Notes: generated by a model not told the origin, from the sequence alone. DNA of 64,000 nucleotides from a candidate division WOR-3 bacterium (GCA_039804105.1 JBDRZU010000001.1:1056001-1120000), one strand, 5' to 3'; shown: positions 49,368-59,117, counted from the first letter of the stretch. Made by a program: numbers and translations.

Positions 49368-50368
49368 ACAAAATTAAAAAAATATTTATCATTTTTTCTT
49401 TTTTGTTTTGTCTTTTAATCCAAATATATGCAACCTATAAAGTTTTTTTGATATCTACAGATAAAGCTGTTTATGAAGAAAAAGAGGATGGAATATATTT
49501 CAAATATATCCCAACTCAAAGTAATCTGTTTAAAACAGATGCTGCAATAGGTGATAAACTTATTTCAGTAAATGATATAAAAATAGAGAATAAACATTAT
49601 TTGCATAATCTGATCTTTGATAGAACGAAACCTTCGACTGTTGTTCTTTACAAAGCATTTGATGGAGAAAAACTAAAAATTTTTTCTTTAGAACTTGAAA
49701 AAAGATTTTCGAATTTTGATATACTATTCTCATTTTTCCTGGGGTTATCATTTTTGTTTTTAATTTTTTTAATTTTTTTAAATTATCTTCCTTCGAAAAC
49801 AAATTTTTCTTTCTTTTTTATGTTCCTAACATTATCGTTTATTTCAGTTTTCATCAATGTTCCTTTCAGTAACAGATTGTTATATCTATCTTTTATAATA
49901 TTCTGTTTGTTGAATCAGATATCATTATTCATTTTTACAAAACATTTTCTTACCAATATCAAATATTTTTTTATTTCTTATTTGATTTTTGGTTTGACTT
50001 TGATATCTATAATTTTATGGGCTATACATTACTATTATTGGACAACAACATTAAAAGTATCAGATTACAGAAATCTTATGAATTTTGTTCGATTTTTTCA
50101 GTTAAGTATATCTTTAAATATGATACACTCAATAGTGATAATAATGAAAAAAATTTTCAAACTTTATGAAAAAAATTCTCCAGTTGAATATTTTGTTGCT
50201 GCTTATTCTTTTATTTTCATTATTCTAACATATCCAATTTTTTATTCGTTACCGATAATATTAAGAAAAAAGGAACTCATACCATTTTATTTTTTCTTTT
50301 TATTCTATTTTATAGCTTTAATTTTAATGTTAAGATATAAAAAAAGATTACAAAAAGTTTTCTTATAA
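49364..50368 (+). CDS. Paralogous PDZ-containing multi-TM membrane protein
   Basis: Same architecture: VYEEKEDG..IGDKLISVND; ends YSLPIILRKKELIP vs YAFPVAFGKQEILP in the upstream gene. Confidence 0.68.
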   Translation: MNKIKKIFIIFSFLFCLLIQIYATYKVFLISTDKAVYEEKEDGIYFKYIPTQSNLFKTDAAIGDKLISVNDIKIENKHYLHNLIFDRTKPSTVVLYKAFDGEKLKIFSLELEKRFSNFDILFSFFLGLSFLFLIFLIFLNYLPSKTNFSFFFMFLTLSFISVFINVPFSNRLLYLSFIIFCLLNQISLFIFTKHFLTNIKYFFISYLIFGLTLISIILWAIHYYYWTTTLKVSDYRNLMNFVRFFQLSISLNMIHSIVIIMKKIFKLYEKNSPVEYFVAAYSFIFIILTYPIFYSLPIILRKKELIPFYFFFLFYFIALILMLRYKKRLQKVFL

Positions 50369-51754
50369 ATGAAAAAAGAATACTTATACTATATCATAAT
50401 CATTGCCGGAATTATTCTCTTTCTTGAATTATCATTTTCTTTTATTTTATATACAAATATAAGAAACGATATCAGACAGGACTGCTTCATAAACAATCAG
50501 TTGAATTTAAAAAAGATTATTTTACTTATAAACTCTAATCTGTTTTCTATTTTACAGGAAGAAAATGTTGTAAAAGATATTTATTTTGAAGCTCAAAATA
50601 AATATAATACAAATTTTTTCATAAATAATAATAATCTTTATATTAAAAATGAAGAGAAAACTTATAAAGTTCCTGAAGAAAGTAAAAATATTCTTTTTGA
50701 TATTTTCTTAGAGAGAAAAGAAAATGGAAAAAATTTTTCAATATTTCTCGATTATGAGCAAATTCCAGAGGAGATAAAAGAACAACTTGATAAATATTGT
50801 TTACTGAACAGTTCTTATGGTTTTTTCGAAACAAAAAATTATCTTGTCAATTATAAAAAATCATCTTTTAAGGGATTACCAAACTATACTCTAATATTTT
50901 GGGAGGATAAAGATCTTGAATTCAAACATTTTAACGATATATTGTTTCTTTTTGTTTCAATTCACATTTTAGTTTTGATATTTATTTCAACATTCATAGC
51001 TTTCTACATAAACGCATTCTATACAGTTATAAAAATGGAAGAGGAAGCAAAAAAGAATCTTGAACTTCTAAGAATAAATAGAACTTTGACTATAGAAAAA
51101 TTCAGTGAAGCAATCGTTCATAATATCAACAATCCATTAACAACCGTGTATGGTTATATACAGATCCTTGTAAAAAAGAAACCAGAACTTATCAGTCAGT
51201 TCAAACTTGATAAAGTTTTGGAAAATATTGAATTTATATCAAACCAGTTAAAATTATTGCTGAACAAAAAAGTTTCTGAAACAGAAGAGTATATTGATAT
51301 AAATGAATTCATAAAAAATGAGTTAAAATTTTTAGAGCAAACTTTAAGATCTGAAAATATAACAGCTTTCTTTTATGAGGAAACCGGAATTCCAAAAATA
51401 AAAATCAACAAAAACGATTTAAAAATGATTTTTGATAATCTGGTAGATAATGCTATCGATGCTCTTGAAAAATCAACATTAAAAAACATAATCATTCGAA
51501 CATATTATAAAAACCATAAAGTTTTTTTGGAAATCGAAGATTCAGGTGAAGGTATAACAGATGAAATAAAGGAAAAAATTTTTGATCTTTATTTCACTAC
51601 GAAAAATTCTCAAAAATTTTATAAAAGAGGTTCAGGAACCGGGATAGGACTTTATTCTGTTAAAAAGATAGTAGAAAATTATAATGGAAATATTACTTTT
51701 TCAACAATCTTTGGAAAGGGAACAACTTTTACCGTTTCATTTCCTGCTGATTAA
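50369..51754 (+). CDS. Sensor histidine kinase
   Basis: 2 TM; HNINNPL, NLVDNAIDA, DSGEGI, FTTK, GTGIGL, GKGTTF. Confidence 0.92.
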   Translation: MKKEYLYYIIIIAGIILFLELSFSFILYTNIRNDIRQDCFINNQLNLKKIILLINSNLFSILQEENVVKDIYFEAQNKYNTNFFINNNNLYIKNEEKTYKVPEESKNILFDIFLERKENGKNFSIFLDYEQIPEEIKEQLDKYCLLNSSYGFFETKNYLVNYKKSSFKGLPNYTLIFWEDKDLEFKHFNDILFLFVSIHILVLIFISTFIAFYINAFYTVIKMEEEAKKNLELLRINRTLTIEKFSEAIVHNINNPLTTVYGYIQILVKKKPELISQFKLDKVLENIEFISNQLKLLLNKKVSETEEYIDINEFIKNELKFLEQTLRSENITAFFYEETGIPKIKINKNDLKMIFDNLVDNAIDALEKSTLKNIIIRTYYKNHKVFLEIEDSGEGITDEIKEKIFDLYFTTKNSQKFYKRGSGTGIGLYSVKKIVENYNGNITFSTIFGKGTTFTVSFPAD

Positions 51755-52244
51755 AATAGAATAAAAATTCCCCTGAATCGATTCGTAAACTTTCCGAATG
51801 ATCTTGAGTATTCAATAATATTCCCTCAAAACTTCCACTCAATTGACTAAAAAAAGAATCTGGAACTGATTCAAGATAGATTTTTCCACTTCCAATAAAG
51901 GATGAGCATTTATAAATTTTGTTTAGGTTTTTAAAATTAACCATTATAAAAGTATTATAATCGTATGGAATATATATAAAATTGAACCTTGTTGTTTCTG
52001 GAAACGATATGGTTATGTTAATACTACCATCATAATTTTCAGCATAAAGATAATAGTATCCAAAATCTTTCTGTCCTTTACAATTTTTTTCAAAATCAAG
52101 AGAATCTTTTTCTGAAATAAATCTGATGTATTCGTAAGATGCACCAGAAAAAAAAGAGCATGAACTAAAATTTATAAGAGAAGAGTAAAGAATTAGAATT
52201 AAAATTGTAGTAAGGATTTGTTGATTCTTTTTTAATATATTCAT
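51729..52244 (-). CDS. Putative lipoprotein, beta-rich
   Basis: Hydrophobic leader ending FSSC; ..LSGSFEG...IDSGEF. Confidence 0.6.
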   Translation of the reverse strand: MNILKKNQQILTTILILILYSSLINFSSCSFFSGASYEYIRFISEKDSLDFEKNCKGQKDFGYYYLYAENYDGSINITISFPETTRFNFIYIPYDYNTFIMVNFKNLNKIYKCSSFIGSGKIYLESVPDSFFSQLSGSFEGILLNTQDHSESLRIDSGEFLFYFNQQEMKR

Positions 52245-53163
52245 ATTTTATATTATAAACATTTTTTTCCTTTGAGTAAACAAATGTTAAACTCAGATTA
52301 AAAATATTGTCTGATCTATTTTCAACCTCTCCAACAGTAAACAACGAATCCAAAACGGTGTGAATTAGTGGATTAAATTTTATTTTTTCATAGGTTGATG
52401 CAAAAACAAACTTTGCTTTCCTATTTAACTGAAAAGTTATTTTTCCTGTCAAAGACAAATCTTTATTGTAAGAATAATCATCCAAAAATGAATCATCATA
52501 GTAGTAATCTATATTTTTTGTCGTAACTTTTTGAAAATTATAGGAAAAGGATAATCCTATCAAATTCAAAAGATTCAAACTAAAAAGTGGTGTTATGTTA
52601 AAAAGAAATATTTGATCAGACACTTTGTATCCTGCCTTTGAATACAGATGAAAGGAAGAATTGAACGGAAAATAGAATATATTTTTATTTACTAGTACTG
52701 AATATAATGATGAGTTTGTATTTAAAAAAGGATAATAATTGTAGTAAATATCAAAAGAATTTTTTAATGTATAAACAAAATTAAAATTTTCTTTAAAATC
52801 AAGAAAGATTCCAGGAGAGAACATGTTATTTTCTTTATAAAATTCGTTTAAATATAGATTCTGATACGAATAGATTCCAGAAATAAAACTGGTCTTAATA
52901 TCCTCTTTAAAAATCAACTGATACAAAAAATCTGAAGGAAAATTCATATAGTAATTGTTTATAAATGGTGTGTTCAAACCAAAATTAAAAAATATATCGG
53001 ATCCTTCAAAATTTCTTTTCAAATTGAATTCAAATGAAAGTAAAAGATCAGAAATTTTATCATTTGTTTTGAAAAGGTTATCAGTTAAACCAACTGTTAT
53101 ACTACTTGAGAAACTGTGAATAAAAACTAAAAGCAAAAGTATCAGTACGAACTTTTTTGTCAT
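52165..53163 (-). CDS. Putative outer-membrane beta-barrel protein
   Basis: Signal peptide, alternating aromatic beta strands, C-terminal SLLFSYKF. Confidence 0.7.
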   Translation of the reverse strand: MTKKFVLILLLLVFIHSFSSSITVGLTDNLFKTNDKISDLLLSFEFNLKRNFEGSDIFFNFGLNTPFINNYYMNFPSDFLYQLIFKEDIKTSFISGIYSYQNLYLNEFYKENNMFSPGIFLDFKENFNFVYTLKNSFDIYYNYYPFLNTNSSLYSVLVNKNIFYFPFNSSFHLYSKAGYKVSDQIFLFNITPLFSLNLLNLIGLSFSYNFQKVTTKNIDYYYDDSFLDDYSYNKDLSLTGKITFQLNRKAKFVFASTYEKIKFNPLIHTVLDSLFTVGEVENRSDNIFNLSLTFVYSKEKNVYNIKYEYIKKESTNPYYNFNSNSLLFSYKF

Positions 53164-53737
53164 CTCTTCCCCTTTTTTGGAACATTTGGTTTCACTTTTC
53201 TATATTCTATGTCAGGCATAAAACTTTTTTGTCTTTCATCATTTATTCCATCTCCATCTTCATCGATAAATCTATCACTTTGTTTAAAATCTTTCATACT
53301 TTTTCCTATACGATCATCCACAAAATCTCCATCGGTATCAACAAAGTCATCAATAATTATACCCATTTCCTCAACAACTTTCCCAAAAGAGTAGCCATCA
53401 TAAAAACCTTTTTTGTATCCATGTCCTGTTATATCGTTAACAAAATTACTATCTCTATCTATAACAGGCATATATTTCGAATAAATAAATTTATCATTTA
53501 TTCCATCTCCATCCTCATCACTGAAAAGATCGTTCACCCCATCTTTATCTTCATCAATAAATTCGATTTTTACAATTGTATCACCTGTTAAATCGTTTAT
53601 CCCATCTCCATTTTTGTCAAAGTATAGATCGTTTATTCCATTTTGGTCAACATCTTTATACCCATAAACATATCCTAAGTTTTTTGATGGAGCTGCTGAA
53701 AAAATAGGGATACAAACAAATACAATCAAAAATAGCA
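53160..53737 (-). CDS. Exported protein with multiple DxDxDG Ca-binding loops (start uncertain)
   Basis: DVDQNGIND, DKNGDGIND, DEDKDGVND, DEDGDGIND, DTDGDFVDD, DEDGDGIND; signal peptide LLFLIVFVCIPIFSA. Confidence 0.75.
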
Positions 53738-53738
53738 A

Positions 53739-53768
53739 ACACTGGAAGGAAGGGATACCTTCCAGTGT
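53739..53768 (-). terminator. Intra-operon hairpin (terminator or stabiliser)
   Basis: ACACTGGAAGG / CCTTCCAGTGT 11-bp stem followed by TTGCTATTTTT on the minus strand. Confidence 0.55.
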
Positions 53769-53799
53769 CGCTGTTTTATTTAAAAAGGGAGTGTGAGGT

Positions 53800-54297
53800 C
53801 TAATTCTTCTTTTTAGTATCATTTTTGGGAGTCCTGTTACAATTTCCCTGACAATTACCATTACCCTGTTTGTCCTGATTTCTCATTTGATTCTGGTTTC
53901 TATACTGGTAATTATTTCCTTCACCATCTTTTGCGTTATCACAAATTCCATCACCATCTTCATCTACAAAATTCTTCTCTTGATTTTTTATCTTGTTTTG
54001 CTCTTTGTTCTGGTTTTTTGCTGATTTATCAGTATTTTTGTTTTTCTCTTGATTTTTTACCTGATTTTTTTCTTGGTTCAGATTACCATTTTGTTCTTTA
54101 TTTTGAACACCATTCTTTTCTTGGTTTCTGTTCTGTTCTTTGTTTTGGGTCTCACCCTTGTTTTGCTCTTTTTCTTGATTCATTTCTTGTTCATAAACTT
54201 TTTGATCCTCATCTTTAGTCGTTGTTTGATCTGCATAGAGATTAACTGCTACGACAAGAAGAAGAGAGAGAAGAGTTATTAAAATCCTTTTTTTCAT
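53800..54297 (-). CDS. Secreted Q/N/E/K-rich repeat protein with one DxDxDG motif
   Basis: SD AGGAGG; signal peptide ..NLYA; NQEKN/QNKEQN repeats; FVDEDGDGICD; GNGNCQGNC. Confidence 0.8.
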   Translation of the reverse strand: MKKRILITLLSLLLVVAVNLYADQTTTKDEDQKVYEQEMNQEKEQNKGETQNKEQNRNQEKNGVQNKEQNGNLNQEKNQVKNQEKNKNTDKSAKNQNKEQNKIKNQEKNFVDEDGDGICDNAKDGEGNNYQYRNQNQMRNQDKQGNGNCQGNCNRTPKNDTKKKN

Positions 54298-54327
54298 TTT
54301 TGCCTCCTTTTTTTTCTTCAATAAAAG

Positions 54328-54343
54328 AGCAAAAGGTGTGCCA
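54328..54343 (-). promoter_or_regulatory. Sigma54 (-24/-12) promoter
   Basis: TGGCAC-ACCTT-TTGCT, ~30 nt upstream of ATG 54297. Confidence 0.85.
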
Positions 54344-54394
54344 AAACATAAATTCTGTTATTTCGAAACTTAAAATTTTGTTAAAATAAAAACT

Positions 54395-54430
54395 CTTACA
54401 ATTTTGTAAGTTGAATTACATTTTTGTAAT
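54395..54430. promoter_or_regulatory. Tandem palindromic boxes (candidate enhancer-binding protein sites)
   Basis: CTTACA-N4-TGTAAG and ATTACA-N4-TGTAAT, 20 bp apart. Confidence 0.65.
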
Positions 54431-55302
54431 TACTCTTTTGAAAAATTAGTTAAAATCAACCCTGTTATTACCAAAACAAGTGCGATATAAAAGTTGATTT
54501 TGGGAAATGTTTTTAAAATAATAATCTCTCCCGTGATCGTAAAAATGGGAATAGTATAGATAAAAGAATTAACAAGTTTTTCATCAAATTCCTTTAAAGC
54601 TTTATTCCATAAGATATAAGCAAGAGATGAACAAACAATTCCAAGATACAAAATCGATATTATTGTTGAAATGTTTAATTTATATATACAGAAACTTCCC
54701 TTTTCAAAAAAAACAAAAGGAAGAAAAAATATAGATCCATAAAAAGTCATCTCTTTTGTTATAAAAAAAATTGAATATTTTGAACTTTTCATTTTTGATA
54801 TGTATGTATAAATGATCCATGATAGAACCGGTATGAACATCACAAGATCACCTTTAACATTTAAATTTTTGATTTTAGAAAAACCAAAGAGTAAAATGTA
54901 GATACCAATAAAACTAAGAATTATTCCGGATGTTAGAATGTATGAAATTTTTTTTCTATAAACTATTTTATCAACAAGTAATGTAAAAATAGGAATCGTT
55001 GATACTATAAGAGCACCGTTGGATGAAGTTGTATATTTTAATCCGAAATTTTCACCCAAAAAATAAAAGGTTATTCCAAAAAAACCCATACACATAAAAA
55101 GTATTCTATCCCTCAAATTTATCCTTGCATTTTCCTTTCTTAAAAAAACCAGAAATTCAAGAATTACATAAGAGATTATAAATCTTACAAAGCCGAGTGT
55201 TGCAGGTTTAATATAAGAAACAGCATATTTTGTTGCTATAAAAGAATAACCCCAAATTATCGCTGGAATTAGAGCAAATATTGCAAGATAAATCTTTTTC
55301 AT
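54430..55302 (-). CDS. EamA/DMT family transporter
   Basis: IWGYSFIATK, ENFGLKYTTSS, LAYILWNKAL; start set at MKKIY after TTGACT-N16-TATATT. Confidence 0.9.
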   Translation of the reverse strand: MKKIYLAIFALIPAIIWGYSFIATKYAVSYIKPATLGFVRFIISYVILEFLVFLRKENARINLRDRILFMCMGFFGITFYFLGENFGLKYTTSSNGALIVSTIPIFTLLVDKIVYRKKISYILTSGIILSFIGIYILLFGFSKIKNLNVKGDLVMFIPVLSWIIYTYISKMKSSKYSIFFITKEMTFYGSIFFLPFVFFEKGSFCIYKLNISTIISILYLGIVCSSLAYILWNKALKEFDEKLVNSFIYTIPIFTITGEIIILKTFPKINFYIALVLVITGLILTNFSKE

Positions 55303-55375
55303 AAGAGTAAATATATTGTAACCTGTCTTAAAGTCAATATGTTGAAAATAGTTTTTTTTGTGATAATATTTTTTT

Positions 55376-56158
55376 ATGATAAAAAGGATTAAATACAAAA
55401 AAGTTTTTTTTCATTATTATAATGAAAGTCAAAATACTTCCGCTGTCCTGCTTTTACATGGTCTTGGGGGAACATCTTTTTCTTTTAAAAAATATTTTTA
55501 CATTTTAGAAACACAGAAAATACCTTTTTTAGCTTCAGATCATCCTTTTCATGGAAAAACTGATGAGAAAGATTTTTTTGTCTATGTTGATAAAATATAT
55601 GAATTTTTAAGAAAACAGGGAATCGATAAAATCAAAATAGTTTCACATTCGTTCGGTTCTTTCATTACTGAACTTTTTTATAACAGATATAAAAATTTCG
55701 TTACAGAAATAATGCTCATCACACCTTTTATTGAAGCAAAAAAACAAACAAAAGGTGTAGGACTTTTTTTATATAAAAAAAAATATTTTTTCAAATTTGC
55801 TGGAAACATTTTATCAATCTTTCCTGAAAAATTTAAATACCCAGATTACTCTAAAATTCGTCGAAAACCATACTACGCATACTGGTTAAACGATATGACA
55901 CATTGTGATAGAAAAGGATATTTTGATGTACAATATTTTATTTCTGATCGAAAAAGTGAAAATCCAGAATTTTTAAAAATGAGCGAGATACATTTAGGGA
56001 AATATGATGTTATTACTTATTCTGACCTGACTTTAAAACTATTAAAAAAATATCAAGTCAAAAATATCACAGTTCATGAAGGTGATCATCTGTTACCTTT
56101 AAAAGAATTTTTTTATTTTAAAGATTTTTTTATAAAATTTGTAAAACAAAATGGATAA
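55376..56158 (+). CDS. Alpha/beta hydrolase
   Basis: LLLHGLGG, DHPFHG, SHSFG nucleophile elbow, GKYD, GDH. Confidence 0.85.
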   Translation: MIKRIKYKKVFFHYYNESQNTSAVLLLHGLGGTSFSFKKYFYILETQKIPFLASDHPFHGKTDEKDFFVYVDKIYEFLRKQGIDKIKIVSHSFGSFITELFYNRYKNFVTEIMLITPFIEAKKQTKGVGLFLYKKKYFFKFAGNILSIFPEKFKYPDYSKIRRKPYYAYWLNDMTHCDRKGYFDVQYFISDRKSENPEFLKMSEIHLGKYDVITYSDLTLKLLKKYQVKNITVHEGDHLLPLKEFFYFKDFFIKFVKQNG

Positions 56159-56960
56159 AATTTTAACAGAAAATTTTTCACCTCTTTTATTTGCTTTTTG
56201 TGGAGGTGTTTTTACATTTCTTTTGACTGCAATTGGTTCTTCAACTGTTTTCATTTTCAAAAAAATTACTTCAAAAATATCTGATTCGATTCTTGGATTA
56301 TCAGGTGGAATAATGCTTGCTGCAAGCGTGTTCTCTTTGCTTTTACCTTCAATTGAGATTTCAAAAAAACAATTACCACTTTTTTTTCTACCTCCAATTT
56401 TAGGTTTTTTACTTGGAGCATTTTTTTTAAAATTACTTGATAATCTACTGCCACATATCCATATAAACAATGAAAAATCAGAGGGAATAAAGACCAACCT
56501 TAATAAAAAAATTCTTTTAATGATAGCGATTACTCTTCATAATATTCCTGAGGGACTTGCGATAGGGGTCTCTTTTGGCTCAATAGCAGAAAAAAGTTTT
56601 GCTCTTTTGATACCATCTCTTGTATTAACTCTTGGAATTGGGCTTCAGAATATACCTGAAGGTGCTGCAATCTCTTTTCCTTTAAGAGGAATGGGACTTT
56701 CAAGAACTAAATCATTCTTGTTGGGGGCATTATCTGCAATAGTTGAACCTGTATTTTCATTTTTGGGGGCTTTTATTGTTTCCTTCTTTTCAACCATCCT
56801 TCCTTATGCTTTATCTTTTAGTGCTGGAGCCATGATTTATGTTGTTGTAGAAGAAGTTATCCCTGAAAGTCAATCAAATGGAAATGTAGATCTTGCAACA
56901 GTAAGCACCATGATGGGATTTACCATCATGATGCTTCTCGATATAATTTTTAATGGCTAA
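56151..56960 (+). CDS. ZIP family metal transporter (GufA/ZupT-like)
   Basis: GIMLAASVFSLL, AITLHNIPEGLAIG, QNIPEG, AGAMIYVV. Confidence 0.93.
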   Translation: MDKILTENFSPLLFAFCGGVFTFLLTAIGSSTVFIFKKITSKISDSILGLSGGIMLAASVFSLLLPSIEISKKQLPLFFLPPILGFLLGAFFLKLLDNLLPHIHINNEKSEGIKTNLNKKILLMIAITLHNIPEGLAIGVSFGSIAEKSFALLIPSLVLTLGIGLQNIPEGAAISFPLRGMGLSRTKSFLLGALSAIVEPVFSFLGAFIVSFFSTILPYALSFSAGAMIYVVVEEVIPESQSNGNVDLATVSTMMGFTIMMLLDIIFNG

Positions 56961-58599
56961 GAATTTCTTTAATATCCTCCTCAACCGACTTTATTGGAAC
57001 AAGATTGAAATTATCCTTTATCACCTGATAAACATTTGGCTTTACAAAAGCAGGCATTGATGGACCAAGTTTTATGTTTTTTATTCCAAGATGCAGTAAG
57101 GTTAATAAGATACAAACAGCTTTCTGTTCATACCATGACAAAACAAGAGATAATGGTAAATCATTCAACTGAAGATCGAACGCTTTGGATAATTCAAGTG
57201 CAATTTTGATAGCTGAATAAGCATCATTACATTGCCCAATATCAAGTAATCTTGGAATTCCTTCAATATCTCCAAAGTTAAATTTGTTAAATCTATATTT
57301 ACCGCAGGCAAGTGTTAGAATTATTGTGTCTTTTGGAAGTTTTGTTGCAAAATCGGTATAATAGTTTCTACCGGGTTTTGCACCATCACAACCACCTATA
57401 AGAACAAATTTTTTGATCTTACCTTGTTTAACCAGATCGATCACTTTATCAGTAACACTTAAAACAGCATTATGCCCAAATCCAACAGTGATATATTTTT
57501 CATCTCCATCAGATTCAAATCCTTCATTTTCGAGCGCTGCTTTAATAACAGGTGAAAAATCTTTATCTTCTCCTATATGTTCAACATCAGGCCATTGAAC
57601 AAGACCTGTTGTAAAAATTCTGTTTTTGTATGTATCTTTTGGTTTTTGAATACAGTTTGTTGTCATAAGTATTGCACCTTTAAATTGGTCAAACTCCTCT
57701 CTCTGATTTTGCCATGCTGATCCATAATTTCCAACAAGATGTTTAAACTTTTTTAATTCTGGATACCCATGTGCTGGAAGCATTTCACCATGAGTGTAGA
57801 TATTTATTCCCTTTCCTTCTGTTTGTTGTAAAAGCAAATAAAGGTCTTTTAGATCATGACCAGAAACAACTATCGATTTACCTTTTATAGGTGTTACTCT
57901 AACCTTTGTTGGAACAGGATTTCCATAAGCAGAAGTATTCGCTTTATCAAGCATTTCCATGACTTTGAAATTTATTTCTCCAACCTTTAATGCAAGTGAA
58001 ACAAGATTATTTTTATCTCTCTCTCCCATAGCCAACCGGTTCAAAGCGTCATGGAAAAATTTGTAAACATCATCATCTTCTACACCAAGAATCATTGCAT
58101 GATCAGCATAAGCAGCTGTTCCCTTTAAACCATAGATAACAAGATGTCTTAACCCTGCTATATCATCTCCATATTTTTTAACTTCTTTATCAAATGTAAA
58201 ATTTTCAGATTGTTTTAAAACTTTTTCATAATCTTTTTCAACCATAAATGTTGCATTTTCAGGTAAATCTTCTTTATCAAGTTTCTTTTCCAATAAAATT
58301 TTTTCATATAAATTCTTTGCTTTCTCTCTTAACTCTTCTCCTTTTTTTATCATGTCAAAAACTTTTTCAGGATCAAAATTAACATTTGTTACGGTAGTAA
58401 ACAATGCCTCAAGAATAAATCTGTCTATCGCTTTTTCAGTTTTACCAAATTTGTTTATCTTTGAAGCATAAACAGATATACCTTCTGTCAGATAAACAAG
58501 CATATCCTGCAAGTTTGAGGTTTGAGGATCTTTACCACACACTCCAAAAGATGTACACCCCTTCCCATTTGCGGTTTGTTCACATTGATAACAGAACAT
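56950..58599 (-). CDS. hcp: Hybrid cluster protein (hydroxylamine reductase)
   Basis: MFCYQCEQT..GCT..GVCGK, SGHDL, YTHGEMLPAH, GGCDG, GQCND, SWYEQKAV. Confidence 0.97.
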   Translation of the reverse strand: MFCYQCEQTANGKGCTSFGVCGKDPQTSNLQDMLVYLTEGISVYASKINKFGKTEKAIDRFILEALFTTVTNVNFDPEKVFDMIKKGEELREKAKNLYEKILLEKKLDKEDLPENATFMVEKDYEKVLKQSENFTFDKEVKKYGDDIAGLRHLVIYGLKGTAAYADHAMILGVEDDDVYKFFHDALNRLAMGERDKNNLVSLALKVGEINFKVMEMLDKANTSAYGNPVPTKVRVTPIKGKSIVVSGHDLKDLYLLLQQTEGKGINIYTHGEMLPAHGYPELKKFKHLVGNYGSAWQNQREEFDQFKGAILMTTNCIQKPKDTYKNRIFTTGLVQWPDVEHIGEDKDFSPVIKAALENEGFESDGDEKYITVGFGHNAVLSVTDKVIDLVKQGKIKKFVLIGGCDGAKPGRNYYTDFATKLPKDTIILTLACGKYRFNKFNFGDIEGIPRLLDIGQCNDAYSAIKIALELSKAFDLQLNDLPLSLVLSWYEQKAVCILLTLLHLGIKNIKLGPSMPAFVKPNVYQVIKDNFNLVPIKSVEEDIKEILSH

Positions 58600-58612
58600 A
58601 ATTCCTCCTATT

Positions 58613-59020
58613 TTATATTTTTTTTGTGAGAGTATCTATCGTTGTATTTTCAAGATATTCCAAAAATTCCCTATTAATCTTTTTCACCACATTATCAAAA
58701 ATACATTTTTCAAAGTGACATTTTTTCTTATTAAATGGACAAATATTTTTTTCAAGTGGACCTTCCATTATCTGAAATATATCCAGAAGTGTTACACTGG
58801 AAGGATCTTTTGAAAAAATAAAACCGCCCTGTGGACCTCTTATTGAATCGATAATGCCTCTTTTCGATAAATATTGTAAAACTTTTGAAAGAAGCGGAAT
58901 CGTGCTACCTATCTTTTCCGATAATTCCCCAATCTTCACAACCCTTTTTTCCTTTGCAAGATAAACAACGGAATGTATTGCAGCAAAAGTTGATTCTGAG
59001 ATTTTTATAAGATTTGACAT
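58613..59020 (-). CDS. Rrf2-family transcriptional regulator
   Basis: SIRGPQGGF, TLLDIFQIMEG, three C-terminal Cys. Confidence 0.92.
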   Translation of the reverse strand: MSNLIKISESTFAAIHSVVYLAKEKRVVKIGELSEKIGSTIPLLSKVLQYLSKRGIIDSIRGPQGGFIFSKDPSSVTLLDIFQIMEGPLEKNICPFNKKKCHFEKCIFDNVVKKINREFLEYLENTTIDTLTKKI

Positions 59021-59078
59021 TTTTTCTCCTTTTATTATTTTAATATTTGAATGTTATAATATTAAAATTAAAAAAATC

Positions 59079-59104
59079 AAGAGGGGAATTTAAATTCCCC
59101 TCTT
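59079..59104 (-). terminator. Intrinsic terminator
   Basis: AAGAGGGGAATT-TA-AATTCCCCTCTT perfect hairpin, T-tract on the minus strand. Confidence 0.8.
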
Positions 59105-59117
59105 ATTATTTTATTCT

